From assembly GCA_046563655.1 (NCBI GenBank), contig CM102289.1:6324001-6388000 (forward strand): a stretch of 64,000 nucleotides of DNA, read 5' to 3'. Within the stretch, counting starts at the first letter, position 1; each line of letters starts with the position of its first letter. Below the pieces are notes generated by a model. It had not been told where the DNA came from. It searched no databases and saw only the letters and a program-made list of their open reading frames with translations. Source of the stretch: Yuukianura sp. NJ FZ-2021 (Eukaryota). Positions 49,749 to 64,000 of the stretch are shown in pieces. A program made the translations under genes and the position numbers.

Positions 49749-52631
49749 TTAATAGTAATCCTCTTCCTCACCATAGCCTTCACCCGCTTCTTCTCTGAAT
49801 TGTGACAAAAGTTGACTGGCTGAAAGGGTTCCCTCGTTGTCATCTTCATCTTCGTAGGCCTCATCGTCATCGCCATAATCCTCTGCGGATTGGTCAAATG
49901 CTTCGGGTGGCAGTGGACCCGACTCAATGACAACAGGACCTTCCTCGATAACGACTTCTTCTGGCTCTTCTACGACGGAATCTATTCGTTCGCTACTGTA
50001 AGAACTTGACCTGACCAATTCTCTGTCAGACTCTCCTTTCATGGGTTTCAGAACAATACTCTTGGTGTCGGGGTCAATCATGACTGATACAGATGAACTG
50101 CTCTTCAGACTTGAAATTGATTCGGATTCAGACTTGTACCGCTTGCGTGGCGTGCGACCATACGAATCTTCTCCAGCACGAGCTGCATTACGCCTGGGAA
50201 TAACTGGGCCAGATTCGATGACTGTCATGAAATCATCATTGAATTCATCTGAGCTTGGATTCAATGCTACTTCATTTCCAATTGGTAAGGATTCGGAGGT
50301 ACTACTCAGGGATTTCAAAACTTCATAATTGATCTTGGATGAAAGTTTTTTCTCTAACATAATTTTGATCGCTTCGCCTGAAAACACGGAAAATCAGAGA
50401 TGATTGACTTGAGATCAGAATTTCGCTAAAGAAACAAGAACAAGCATTGCAGTTACCAGCTGTTTTTGCTTTGTACTTTTCCCTGGAACTACCGCCCTTT
50501 TCTTTCATATTTCTACGTTTCTTATCGAATTTCCCGGCTTTGATATCTTCCTCCATTTGGATTCTCTTTTCTAATTTACACAAAACGATAATACATTAAC
50601 GACAAAGGCTTACATACTTTGCAAAAGCTTACGTTCTTGGCTGACGATATACTCGTTGTTTAGTCGCTCCCAGAGGATTCTTTTTCTCTCCGCTTCTACG
50701 TCGTTCATAATATAAGCATCAATTTCGTTGTCATCGATTCCTGTTAAATCCAGCTCCCCGCCTTCCTGCACTTCCTCCTCGTCCGAACCTTCCTCCTCTT
50801 CTTTTTCATTCAAAGCAAAATCTTCTAAATCGTTTGGTTCAGAAGGCGGTGGCATTAGAAGACGATCCCGATCCACTCCAGACTCTGATTTGACTTCTCG
50901 TTTGACCTCTTTCTTTACATTGACTTTAACATCAGGTTTGAATTTAAGCGCCGGCAATGGAGTTGTAAGGGCGATATCTCGAATGATGGAACTCTCGGTT
51001 GGGATTGTGACAGTGTCGGAGATGATTTCGCTGATAGATGATAGTGTCGCTTCTTCAATTGCTCGAGATTCAGTATCTTCAATTTGAGATTCTTGTGTCC
51101 CTTTGAGAGCTGGGCAAGGAACAGTGATTTGATCACTTGGTAAAGATCTTATTAGCAATAAAATCGTCCTTACCTTTCTCTCTTCGCTTCGTTTTTCTTT
51201 TCTCCAGTTCGGACTCAATTTTGTCTTGAAGTTCGTCTAATTCGTTGGAAATTGCGCCACTATCCAACAGCTGATAAAAAAAAACTATTTACATTACAAT
51301 TCCAGAACTATCAAAATATGTAACGTCAAAAGGGCAACCTTTTGCAGTTGATCTCGATCCTTTATGCGAGCTGCCTTGAATGCTGGTGGATCGTGCTCCT
51401 CTTCAAGGTCAACGGTCATGAATTCTTCCATCGTGAGAGAACTCGAAGGTGTTTCGCCAAATTCGATTAATCTAATAAAAACGAAAGGCTATTCTAAGCA
51501 GCCAGCTTCTCGGTCACCCATAACACACATAAATTACAAATGGATATAGTAGAGAAATGGATCACCTAGATCCTAGATAAACATAATAATATTTGATACC
51601 TTCTGCGTAAAGTAGTTTCATGAACTTTCACAACATTGATTATATCCTGGACTGTTCGAGAAAATCCATGAATGCGTGCGGCGATAAGCAGAGCTGGAAA
51701 TAGAAAAAAAACATGTCGAACAATGCGAACTTAATAATTGAGACGAGTTGGGTTGGATAGAATGCGTTAAAAACAGTTAACCTGCTCCACAAAGCCCTGA
51801 TGGTCGCCGACCGAAATGTAGCCAGTCTCGTTTCATACGCTGAACCAATCGCAGGGCAGTGACAGAAACTTCATGGGTCTTTGGTTCCAGGTCGAATTTA
51901 TGAGCAAATCGTAGAATGTACATGCAGGGATCAACAGAAGGAATGTTGATGAAAAGCGCTCGCGAAATTTGAAGGTATGCTCTACCGAGGGCATACACGT
52001 CCATTTGTACAACGTCGCTGAAGTCGATCAGCAAATCTATCCAAATTAAAATCATCATTTTGGTACAGACACGCACGACACAGTAATAATAAACGGATTC
52101 TTTCTTACGCGGAGTTCCCTCCATTCTACATGTCATGTAGACACATGCAGCGATGGTAAGGGGATGCCTACGTCCCTTAGTAATTTGCTTGTGAAGGGCC
52201 ATTTTGAAGAAGTTGAATGCGACATCAATGCAATGTTGATTTAGCCTGTAATAACAAACAAGGTACGTACATACGAAACGTCCGCCATTAGCTCAACTCA
52301 ACATTTCATGTCGTAAGTACTACCTGAGTTGTTGAGCGACATCCGTAATTCGTTTTTTCGCTAACCGCAGGGTTATTTCCCTAGATTCCTTGCCAATCCC
52401 ACTATGGAATCCAGCTCCTCCAGCAAGGGCTCCACCGCCACGACTTTCAGCTGATACGAATTGACCTACAGCGGATGCCACACCATGACCATCTTCTTCA
52501 AAGGTCACTTCTGAAACAATAATTGATTCTTCTAAGACGAAGCCGCAGTTGGTACAGACAGAATCCCCACGTGAAGGGTCTGTATCAATTTCACTGCATC
52601 CGCACTGTCGACAACTTGTAACCCCCGACAT
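49749..52631 (-). CDS. Brf1: TFIIIB 90 kDa subunit Brf1, multi-exon
   Basis: Zn ribbon CRQCG...[18 protein letters not shown]; cyclin folds [10 protein letters not shown] and [24 protein letters not shown] motif; TBP-binding block [22 protein letters not shown]. Confidence 0.95.
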
Positions 52632-53139
52632 GATCAGAATAACTTCAAAACGCCCTTCACTTTGTCCTGGTCCACTTGGCGTCTAAAGAAGGAATTGACA
52701 CACACAATTACAAAAACCAACAACAGTTCATACCGTTTTCTGTCACTTGTCACATCACATCGCAATCACTTTCGACTGTCACTTTAATTTCTTTGGCTAA
52801 AATTAGAAAGAGTAGGATGATGCAAAACAACACACACAGAACTGTGTGACTAAAAATCAGACTCGGCAGAAATGTCGGAGAGCCGGAAAACCCGGACGGG
52901 TGTACTAAAAAAAATAATACCTAATATAATAATAATAATAAAGTAATGGTGTAAAGCACATGCACGAGACACTGCCATTGTCACTGACTAATTGTTGATT
53001 AATAGTACCAAATGCTTAACATGAAAAAATATGAATGTATGAAGATTAATTAGTTGGTATAGCCTTTACTTGCGTTCTTAATCTTAATTCACAGTAAGTC
53101 AAATTAAAAATTAATTTATCAAACGAGGAATGGATTGAA

Positions 53140-56100
53140 TTACTCAAATGGATTCAGACTAGGATCGTAGTCGTCTTCTTCTTCGAACGGATTTTTCGCC
53201 ACTGGTAGATTATCCATATTCAGGAATGGATTGTTCGCGTCGTCATCTTCTTCAAATGGATTCTGCTTCGCAGGTTCCTTAACTTTGGTAACACTGGATG
53301 GTGGTTTCCTCTGTGCCTGCGTCGAACTTGTAGCTGACATAGGGCCCACTTGCAATCCAGGAACGCCCGAGGAGATGACCTTGCCACTACTGGCCGACAC
53401 GTACTGCTTCGACTCAAAGGACAATGGAACAATAGGCACAGACTTAGTAGACTCTTTCATCGCATCCAGAAGTGAATCCATGTTGCTGTGACGATGACTG
53501 CTTTCGCTCATTCGATCACGACTTCCAGGTTTTGATCCTTCGTTGAGCCTTAGCCGACCCTCAGAAACATTTTCTGAAACATGGTAATAACTTTTGTTAA
53601 AATTAAATCTCAATTTCAAATTCTCCTGATTTCATACCCATGACGGAGACAATGCTGGCTGGTCCACGTACTCTTTCTAGATTCTTCTTCTGCAGTTCTG
53701 CTGCAACGTCTTCTTCGCGGTCTGATGACACAAATATTCCTTTGGCAAAGAAATCTGCTACGACGGAAAATGAATTCGACTTGGCAGTGCTAAGCTTCAT
53801 AGCAAAATCTGCATCCATAACGGCTCTCGATGGCTTGTTCTTAAAGCATTATCAATAGCAACAACATTGATTAGAGCAATTAACTTGGTTAGCCGAACTA
53901 ACATCTCAACTCAACCACAAATAGTTGCTTACTTTCAATTCAGCTCCCAACAGCTCCTTATGTTTATTGAGACAAACTGGACAGTCCTTGTCATTCTCTG
54001 CATAACTCTCGAAACAACTGGAATCAAAGGCAAAGAATAACATTTTGTGAAGGAAAGGTTAATTAAGTAGTTGATGTCGATGTCACAATAAACTTACTGA
54101 TGATGGAATGAATGAAGACAAAGGAAATGGACGGATGGAAATTCCAGTTTTTGCATACAAGCATTACACCTTGATCCTTGAAACACTGACGGTTTTGTTC
54201 GTATGCTTTCTGTGTGTTGCTTAATAGTTTTCGTGTTTTCTTGTAATTTTTGTGCCTCCGCTTCATCTGCTTCCATCTCTGTCCGATCTAGCACTCGAGT
54301 CAAAAAGTTACGAACACTCCCCAGTTTCAACTTCGTTTGACAAAGCTTGTCTAAGATTGGCAACGGTTCCAGTAGTCCTTCTTCTAGTAACTTATCCAGA
54401 ATTTCTTGAACAATGAACTGTGGGATATCCGCATCACCTGGAGATGTGATGAGGTAAAACGCATCTTTCCAAAGAGCCGGTTTGTTCTTGGCGTATTTTC
54501 GAACTGTTTCTATAAAATTCGGCCATAAGGTAACTGAGGCTTGAGCAGCACTGAAGCGAATTGCCAGAAGATCGCTATGTAGTCCTAACTTTTCATAGGC
54601 GATAATTTCTCCTTGGCTGAACCCATACTATAAACATAATTTTTCCAAATTGGTATTAAATTTTTCAGCGACATGTTAGTTTTAACGTTCGAGAGGAAGA
54701 AATACTTTGTAATAAGTAATTCTTTGTATGTACTTACCTTTTTGCAAGCAAATAAAGCGCGAGCCCAATCCCATGAAGGACACTCTGGAGCTTTAGTAAG
54801 AAGAGCTAAAAGCTTTTCAGCTGCTGGAAACTCCTCTGATGACCATTGTTCCAAATAAGTTTCCAACAGAAGATTCATTAATGGACCATCATGGGCTTCG
54901 AACTCCAAACAAATGTTTTCCAACAGAGGTGTCAGGATATCTTTATTTGCCACAAACAAGTCAACGAGTTCTCTTTTTGCAGGAGATTCACAGAGCAGGC
55001 GCACAATCTTTCTGGTGCCTTCTGAAAGAAAAATTACTGGAATTAAATTACACAACTTAACAGCTCGAACCAACACCAATTTAACTCTTTGAACGTACAG
55101 CACAATACTAATAATACTAATGTAGTAATACCTGTTGACTTGTTGTCTGTTTCACAAAGAAGTGAAACAAGTGCATGTCCGTATCTTTTCAAAATCACTT
55201 CAGCATTGTCTCCACGGATGGCATTTTCCAGGGTGTTGTATAAATCTTCCCTAGAAGGATCACGAACATCTTCTAACAAAATCTGCAGAGCACTTCCGTA
55301 GAGCTGATGTTTTTGGGCTAGCTGATATGCATGCTTAGACATACCGCCACGACGAAACACTTTGATGGCCGTTTCCGGTTCAAGAAAATCACATGACGGA
55401 TCACCAACATATTTTTCAATTTTTTCATTCAGCTTCAGTTTGGTGAGGCAGTTGAGGAGGAGACTGGTTAGGTCGGGAGTGACATACGGTGTTTTATGAA
55501 CGACTTCCAAATATTCCAGAAGATTTAACACTCGTGAAGCGTCGATGTACTGTAAAGAAGTGATACTTACTATAAATTACATTCATTTAGTAGTTGAAAC
55601 GATTTGCATTACCTTTCGAACAACGTATGAAGCTTCCAACTTCCCAACAGTTTTACAGTACTGACGAATAGCTCCATCCAAATCCCCTTTTGCGTATAGG
55701 TGATCACCGTATTTCCGAAAGACATCAGCCATAGAATCACCGTCAAAGTTGTTACTTTTAGCAACCTTGATGGCCAGATCGTAGTGATTCTTGCGGTAGA
55801 AAACTCCCATTTTCGTCTGCAAATCTTTTTCTTTTAGCTGCCAAAGAGTTCCATCGGAGGTTATAAGAAAGAAACACCCCCATTCACCAACAGCGACTTT
55901 CATGGGATGAGAAGTGACAAGAGCCGAAGAAAATCCAACGTATTTGTTACCACAGTCAAAAACTATAATGTTATACCTAAACAGTAAATTATTAAAAACA
56001 GGTTTTAAAGTTTGCCCATACTACAACTAAGTTTAAAGTCTTACGATTCTGAAGACAGTTTGGAAACGATAAGGAGGTGACCGCGAAATGAATATAAATA

Positions 56101-57482
56101 TTGTTTTTCTCCATCGAAACCATAGCATGGTCCTCTTGCATCATGCGTGTAACAGTAAACTGCCTGAAACATTATAATCCAAGCAAACTAACTAACCAAG
56201 TTCGTCAACAATTCAGTAGGTTTTGATTCCTCAGCCTTACATCGTTTCTGCCCACAATGTAGTTGTCTTCGCTGGATCCTTCGGAGTAGCATGAACAATT
56301 CAACTCACATCCCGATTTGTCCGTTTGGAGCTGAACCAGATACGTCCAAATCAAAATCCATGTATTACTAGTGCGTTTCACTATCGTGCAGCATACCTTT
56401 GATTCACGATCCTTATGTGTAACGTCAAAAGTACACACCGAATGCTTGGTAGACACGAACAAAACATTGTTGGCGATACTGGAATTACTCTTTCTGAAAT
56501 AGTAGTCACGCAAAAGCAAAATCAGCGGCAATTCAACCGTCTTTGTTCCAATTGGGCAATGCTGTTTAAACTATTTACGTACTCGGCTGCTGTAACAAGA
56601 GTTTTGAATACAAGGCCAGTAATTCCACCATTGTCGTCCTCCATTGACATGCTCTTTGGTTTGATGTTCTTCTCCTTTCTGAATTCCCCTGTTAAAATCA
56701 ATCCACAAAAATTAATCAGCGACAGTGAAAAGTTGGAACACGGAAGTTAAGAATGGCTGACCTCTGTAGATTTGCAGATACCCATCGCAGTATCCGATGG
56801 CGAGGAGATTGAGATTTTCATGAGCAGCAAAACATGAAGGCGCCTTTTGACGATTCAACTTGAGGGTCCTCTTGAGGTAAAATTGTGTTTTGTTGGAATC
56901 AGGTTCCAAAGAAAGTTCATCCCAAACCTTTACCGAGTACACCCCTGGTTCATCTAACTAATGTCAGAGAATCAGTCACATTAATTTATTAACCAACGCC
57001 AACGTACAAAATAAACGACGTTAGCATGGACGAACCCCAAGTGTAAGAAGGTAGGGTGACTGTTTTAGCTGATGAATCTGAATAATTCCTCCAGCATGTG
57101 CTTCAGCCACTCTTCGGGACTCCAGTTGACGTGATATGCAGTGAAGAAGGCCTTCTGAGTCTCCAAGAATTATAAGACCACGCCCACTCGCTCCACAGAC
57201 AACTTGACGCCCCTTCAAATTGGAAACCCATTTTTTAGACAATATTACACAAGCATTTTCATCCTGATGATACACATACCTTCAAGTTCTCCTTGACAGT
57301 AATATCAACATCGACTTTCTCTAAATCAAAAAACTGGAACCGCCGACACTGCAATTAGGCAAAAACATAGATACTGATACTGATGCCAAACTTGTACTTA
57401 TAAAAATACATTTTTATAATTCAAAGCGGTTATAAGGCAACGCTGTTGACACTAAAACAAACCATACCTGAAAGAGACTCAT
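53140..57482 (-). CDS. Vps11: Vacuolar protein sorting 11 (HOPS/CORVET core subunit), multi-exon
   Basis: N-terminus MSLFQ|CRRFQFFD; LKEKDLQTK...YGDHLYAKGD..GAIRQY..T.G.LEASYV; RING segment VFQGSRCNAC...LEFPSVHFLCLHSFH; FSVVADFFAKGIF. Confidence 0.95.
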
Positions 57483-58384
57483 GTTAGCAGTGACTCTGTC
57501 GTACCTCCAAGCATCCGCGTAGATACAACGCAACGCGACTAACCAACGAAAACGTAAGGAACAAAAACAATAAATTAAATACCAAATTGACACTTAAAAA
57601 TTTGTCTAAAAATATGATTTTTTGGTTGAACTGTACTTAGGCTCCCCTCCTGTACCCATCCGCTCGAATTTTCTGATTAACTCTGATTGTATTGTAACCT
57701 ACCCATTGTAACCACCGAATAGGTGCATTTGTACCCACCAAAATACAAATCCAATACGTTCATTTAGCGGAAGTCTGTATTCAAGTTGACAACATTTTTT
57801 CCGTTTGATTTAGTAAAAATGAACTTTTAGTTTCCCGTGCGCGGTGTTAGAGAGCAGATGAAATTAGAAGCGTGGTTACAGGAGGCGAGCCCAAGTTTAC
57901 TGCCACCGACCTTTTCTATTTAGCGCGACACACGCGCACTTACCTATACGCCCAGTGCATCAGGCATCGGCATCGAATTTCTTTACATCTTCTTTCTTTA
58001 TACTTTTTCCTTGAAAAAGTATTATTAAACCATTAAATTTTGCTTCAGATTGTAAATAATTAAATATCCAACCTGTACTACAATAAGTTAAACTCCATGA
58101 ACAATGTAATGCTGGAAGTTCCTGCAGTTGCTGGATAACATATAACATAACCATTTTTCCAGAAAAAAAAAACTTTTTATACACCAGGCTATCAAGTAAT
58201 TTGAGTTTTTCAATTGTTTGCCAAAACTTTCAAAAACAAAACAGTTAAAATAAAAAATTTGAGTTAGTTTTGTAAACGCTATTTACGCTTTTATAATAGA
58301 AGTTAGGTTAGGTTAGGTGCAGAGACGATAACCTGTTTCGCTATTTAATTTTCATTACGTTTAAGATTAACTACGAACTAAACG

Positions 58385-60611
58385 TTAGCGTAAACTCAAA
58401 TTCGTATCATAGTCGTGGGCAAAAAGCGCGTACCCAACAATTGGTTCCAAATTTGGCGGTGGGCTCCCTTCCGGGAGACTAAATTTGAACTTTTGAAGCA
58501 GAGTTGTAATGAATATGAAAATGCTGTCACGAGCCAATACTTCTCCAAAGCAATTCCGTTTGCCTACAAACAATTGAAACGATTTAAAGCTGGTTTTTAA
58601 ATAGCAACCAGTTTTCTTTTCCTCTTTTTTAAAAATAGTCGACCTGTGCTAAATAGAAGTTGGATTCTTTCCACTTTTTTGGAATCCAATTTCGGAAAAG
58701 AATCGAAGAATCTTTCTGGACGAAAAACTTGTGGGTCTCCCCAAAACGCTTCTTCAAAGAAAATACTTTGCAGATTCATCATCATAGCTGTTCCCTGTGA
58801 ATTAAAAAGGTTTTAAAGTTAATCCGGATTATTAGCTTAATTCTTATTATTAAATTTCATTTTGCTAACTTTCTTGATACAGTACTTTCCATAGACAATC
58901 GGGGCAAGGGCTTCCCTTGGAATACCCATAACGATTTCGCGACTCCATCGCATGCCTTCTAATATAACGGCTTGGGTATATGGCATTCTAAATCAAAAGA
59001 AAATATTCTAAATATACACAAAACGTAACATCATGAGCTAAATAAGTTTTTGCCGTTATTACGAAAATTTATCGTCAATGCTGGGAATTCTGGTTCCGAT
59101 GACTTCAGAAATTTCTTGGTAAACTTTCTGTTGTACAGTTTGATTTGCCACTAGTTGAAGCAAGATAAAGTTGAGAACGTTACTGGTTGTATCCATTCCA
59201 GCTTGAAGAATGTCTGCAAACAGTAGACCAAATTGGTCCTCTATAAAACAAGAGTTGGACTTTCAAACAAGATTTCAAAATAGTGTCGATGTATTTTTAT
59301 ATTTAGTTATTTGCTACCAGTGAACAACGGATTTGTTTGTCCAGTAGTGGCCACTTCTTCGTCCATTTTTCTCAAAAAGTCATCCGCGAAACACGTTGGA
59401 TTTTTGGCATAATTGCCCGTCTTTCTCCTTTCTCTAAGGAAATTCTAAGCACAGCATTAATATTAAAATATAACATTGCTAATAATAAATATCACTTTAA
59501 ATTTAAATTAGTTTAGTGATTGGAACTTTCTTCAAAGTGCTAAATGTAGTCGAATTATAATACAAAATTACTATGATATAAGAATGTACTTTGTTTTACC
59601 AATGCATCAGCTCGAAGTGTATTTATTCCTCTCATTTGTACGTTGTATCCAAGGGCTTCTGGGAAAATGAACCTTAAGAACGGAAACGCAACCATGAGAC
59701 CTGCGCCAAACACTCCCTTTCTGATCAGTTCATTTGAACTTTTGATCCAATTTTGAAGCACTTTGTCGTTGTAAGCATAACGCTGTCCTGTCATCCAAGT
59801 CGTCATGATGTTTGCAAAAGGTAAGTTGAAATAATCCGAATATATATGGAGAACTCGGTCACCGTTGGGCTGCGCATGTGCATCCTCTTCCATAAATTTA
59901 AGAAATTCAGTCAATTCGTCTATCAGCATGTTGCGCATGGCTTCTCGGTTGCCATAACCGTAATTCGCAAGAGTCTTTCGACAAAATGTACGAGTCTTCG
60001 ACCATGAAACAAGATCGGTGCAAAAACCTAAACCTTCAAAATTACCCAAATTACACCAAACCAAATAAAGGTAAATTACACTATAATTGACTCAATTAAT
60101 ACCAATGTCCTTTCGTTTGAGATTTCTGTCCCATATAACACCGTTACAAAACCTTCCAAGAGCTTCATCTCTTGTAAAAATCGAACGCACTGCTTCATAC
60201 GATGATAGTACGACTGTGAAAAACATGATACTATCATATGGATATAATATTCACTTGTGCCTAACCGAACGCACTGGCGCCTGCGTCATGCCCATTACAC
60301 TTTTACCTGTATCAACCAATCCCATTTTGATACTCATGATGTCTCCATATTTTTGAGCCATTTGATGCAAAGCAATGTGTGCATCCTTATACTGCATGCC
60401 AACCTGGATCAAATTTCCAAACGGAGGAATTCGAACGGGACCTTTAGAAATTTTAGTTTCAAAAATTAGATATTGTGGTAGATAAATTTAATAATTTTTA
60501 AATAAAACTGATTAAATTAAAGTTACCGGGCGGTCTTCCATCATTTCTGTTTTCAATATAAAACAAAATCAAGTAAAGGACTACAAAAATTGTTAGCAAA
60601 ACTTCTATCAT
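58385..60611 (-). CDS. Cytochrome P450, CYP2 clan (CYP15/303/305-like), complete
   Basis: N-terminal TM anchor followed by PPGP; WSKTR (WxxxR); I-helix QAGMDTT; EGMR (ExxR); FRPERF; heme motif FSTGKRNCFG. Confidence 0.93.
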
Positions 60612-61211
60612 TCTTGGACGATGTCACTGGAAAATTTAGTGCACAACTAACAGCATAAAGGCCAGACTTAGCTTGGAATAGTAAGGTTCTTTTTCATTGT
60701 AATACTGGATACAATAGGTAGTTAGGCGAGATACCCTTGAAGCTTTAGTTTTATTACTTAATTAGAAATTTAACGTAAATTACCTTATAACGTTATAATG
60801 ACGATAGTTGGCACGACTGCTTTCTTAACGCTTAGAAATTCGATGGCGTTAGTTGTAGGAGGCGGCGTGCCAATGGCGGCGGAGGAATGAGGGTAGCACG
60901 AATTTTAAAACCTTCGTCCGGCTTAATAATTTGGTTTTCATTTTTTTTTTTTGAAAAACCAGATTCAGTAAATAACAAAAAATACAAAACAAAATTTTGT
61001 GACTTCGGTATAAAGAAATGCCATAATTTTGAGTTTTATCAAACATTAGCATTGCGCTTTGAACTTTTGTAATCTTACTGTATTTATTTCTCTATGGTAT
61101 GGCTGAAATGACATAAAATCATTCATGAAAATAACATTTTTTCACGTATATGAATTGTGGCAAGGAAACTTTTGTTTCGAATTTTCGTCACATTTAAAAT
61201 TAACCGCCAAT

Positions 61212-64000
61212 TTACCATGACCGTGAGGTAAGGATAACATCGTAATCATGAACGCAGAGAGTGTATCCAACCACTGGTTCCAAATTTGGCGGTGAGCTTC
61301 CTTCCGGGAGACTAAATTTGAACTTTTGAAGCAGAGTAGTAATGAATATGAAAATGCTGTCACGAGCCAATACTTCTCCAAAGCAATTTCGTTTGCCTAC
61401 AACAATTGAAACAATTTGAAGTATTTTTTAACCATTAAGCAGTTTTCTTTTCCTCTTTTTTTTATAAATAGTTGACCTGTGCTAAATAGAAGTTGGATTC
61501 TTTCTACTTTTTTGGAATCCAATTTCGGAAAAGAATCGAAAAATCTTTCTGGCCGAAACGCATTAGGATCTCCCCAAAAGGCTTCTTCAAAGAAAATACT
61601 GTGCAGATTCATCATCATGACTGTCCCCTGTGAATCCAACAGTATTCAATTAACTTTAAATATTCCGCAGACCCCAATTAATGTTTAATACGGAATATAC
61701 TGTACTAACCTCCTTAATACAGTAATTTCCATACACGATTGGAGCAAGTGCTACCTTTGGAACACCAGTAACCACTTCGCGACTCCACCGCATACCTTCC
61801 AGTATAACAGCTTGTGTATAAGGCATTCTTTTTTAAAAAAGAAAAAGTTCTTATTCAAAATTTAAAAAAACACGACAACCAGCAGAACCCGACGCTTTTT
61901 CTTTACGCAAATTTATCCTCAATGTTGGGAATTCTAGTTCCGATGACTTCCGAAATTTCTTTGTAAACTTTTTGTTGTACGGTTTGATTTGCCACTAGAT
62001 GAACCAAGATAAAGTTGACGACATTGCTCGTCGTATCCATTCCAGCTTGAAGAATGTCTGCAAACAGTAGACCAAATTGGTCCTCTATAAAACAAGAGTT
62101 GGACTTTCAAACAAGATTTAAAATTTATAGTCGATGGTATTTTTTTTTAATTGTTGTTTGTTACCAGTGCACAACGGATTTGTTTTTCCAGTTGCCACTT
62201 CTTCGTCCATTTTTGCCAAAAAGTCGTCCGTAAAACACGTTGGATTTTTGGCATAATTTCCCGCTTTCCTTCTTTCTCTAAGGAAGTTCTAAACCAAGAA
62301 TTCTTACTATATAATTCTCACCAGTCTTGTCATTGTAACTTTAGTAATTGAATAATGCGGTGGAATTAGAATACAAAGTTATTATATAATATATGTAGTA
62401 ATATATAGTTTTGAGTTTACCAATGCATCTGCCCGAAGTGTATTGACTCCTCTCATTTGTGCATTATATCCAATAGCTTCTGGAAAAATGTGTATGAGAA
62501 ACGGAAATGCAACCATGAGGCCTGCAGCAAAAGTTCCATTTCTGGCTACCTCATTTGAACTTTTGACCCAATTTTGAAGCACTTTGTCGTTGTAAGCATA
62601 ACGCTGCCCTGTTATCCAAGTCGTCATGATGTTTGCAAAAGGTAAGTTGAAATAATCCGAATATATATGGAGGACTCGGTCACCGTTGGGCTGCGAATGT
62701 GCATCCTCTTCCATAAATTTAACGAATTCAGTCAATTCGTCTATGAACATGTTGCGCATGATTTCTCTGTTGCCATAACCGTAATTCCGAAGAGTATTTC
62801 GGCAAAATGAACGCGTTTCCGCCCATGCAACAGGGTCGGTGGAGAAAATTAGACCTTCAAAATTAAATCTTATGGACGTGTGTTATGCGTCTAATAAACA
62901 GTAATCGTTAAATTTAGTAACCACGATAACCGAGCTTGTTTAGTTAGTAAAAGATGCAGACATCGACAAAAAGAAACGCCCTCATGGGTGGTGAAAAAGG
63001 ATCAGTGCAAATATGATCAAAAATAGTATGCACTTTCAAACAAACAAAATACTGACTCAAAGTTCGGTTGCCGTCGTCTGGGTTTTGTCAACAACTTTTT
63101 TGAGAATGCGACATTGAAATTGAAAAATGGTTTTGCTCAGCGTAGGAAGGTCGTACAATGACCTACAATATATCAAACTTTAGGAAAAGACTTGATCTAG
63201 CATCATGCCCGAGGAAATTACAAAAATTTAGTTCTATCTATGTAAAAATAGAGGTGGAATGTTTGGGTCAATTTTTTTCACAGTTAGAAGTAAAATTTTG
63301 TAATTTCCTCGGGCATGCTACTAGATCAAGTCTTTTCCTAAAGTTTGATATATTGTGGGTCATTGTATACGACCTTCCTACGCTGATCCAGACCATTTTT
63401 CATTTCATGAGTTACAGTCGCATTTTGACCCCCAGTTTCCAGGGTATTCGCGACCCTTATGAAAGAAAATTTAGATCAATAGCCAATGAGATCATACGAT
63501 TTCTTGTCACATGTCTCAATAAATACAAGCTGGATTTGAATCAGTTACCAATGTCCTTTCGTCCGAGATTTCTGTCCCATAAAACGCCGTTACAAAACCT
63601 TCCAAGGGCTTCATCTCTTGTAAAAATTGAACGTACTGCTTCATACGATGATAGTACGACTGTCAATTAACATGATACCATGATATGTACATAATATTCA
63701 CTTGTACTCTGGCGCCTGCGTCATAACACGTTTACCTGTATCAACCAATCCCATTTTGATACTCATGATGTCTCCATATTTCTGAGCCATTTGATGCAAA
63801 GCAATGTGTGCATCCTTAAACTGCATGCCAACCTGGATCAAATTTCCAAACGGAGGAATTCGAACGGGACCTAGAGAAAGTTAAATCCAAAAAATTAATC
63901 GTTCAAAATACATCGTAATTAAAACTTGATACAATTGAAGTATACCACTTACCAGGCGGTCGTCCACGTTCATTTTTGTTGTCAATGTAAAACAAAATTA
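61212..64000 (-). CDS. Tandem paralogous cytochrome P450 (start codon lies just beyond the window end)
   Basis: Exons are highly similar to 58385-60611 and carry the same P450 motifs. Confidence 0.92.
63100..63426. mobile_element. MITE/foldback-like element in a P450 intron
   Basis: Near-perfect inverted arms of about 120 bp (about 63112-63240 against 63280-63409) around a short spacer. The equivalent intron in the paralogue is only about 65 nt. Confidence 0.85.

Noticed and set aside
58302..58318. (TTAGG)3 insect telomere-like repeat, with similar short runs near 1960, 18935 and 23452
   Set aside because: Too short and internal to indicate a telomere or a defined element.

Overview
This is AT-rich eukaryotic DNA with short GT-AG introns. 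Gene content and intron size suggest an arthropod, possibly a compact hexapod genome such as a springtail (inference only). In order, the window holds: a 19-bp CRE-containing minisatellite; an orphan disordered-protein gene; a secreted DM4/DM12-like gene; a C2H2 zinc-finger transcription factor followed by about 14 kb without recognisable genes; four tandem SLC5 sodium:solute symporter paralogues; a lola-like BTB gene; Brf1; Vps11; and two tandem CYP2-clan P450s. The main discovery is at the BTB locus (minus strand). Its last constant exon (donor at 46530, phase 1) is followed by eight tandem alternative terminal modules. Six encode a complete two-exon BED-type zinc finger and two look degenerate. 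One intronic 'docking' sequence just after the constant donor (RNA CUUGAGAGGUUCACCACGUUAAAAC) is reverse-complementary to a 'selector' found about 60-105 nt upstream of all eight variable 3' splice sites. This points to a Dscam1-style competing RNA-pairing switch, in cis or guiding trans-splicing, that swaps DNA-binding domains on one BTB protein. Exon boundaries were read by eye and have no transcript support.
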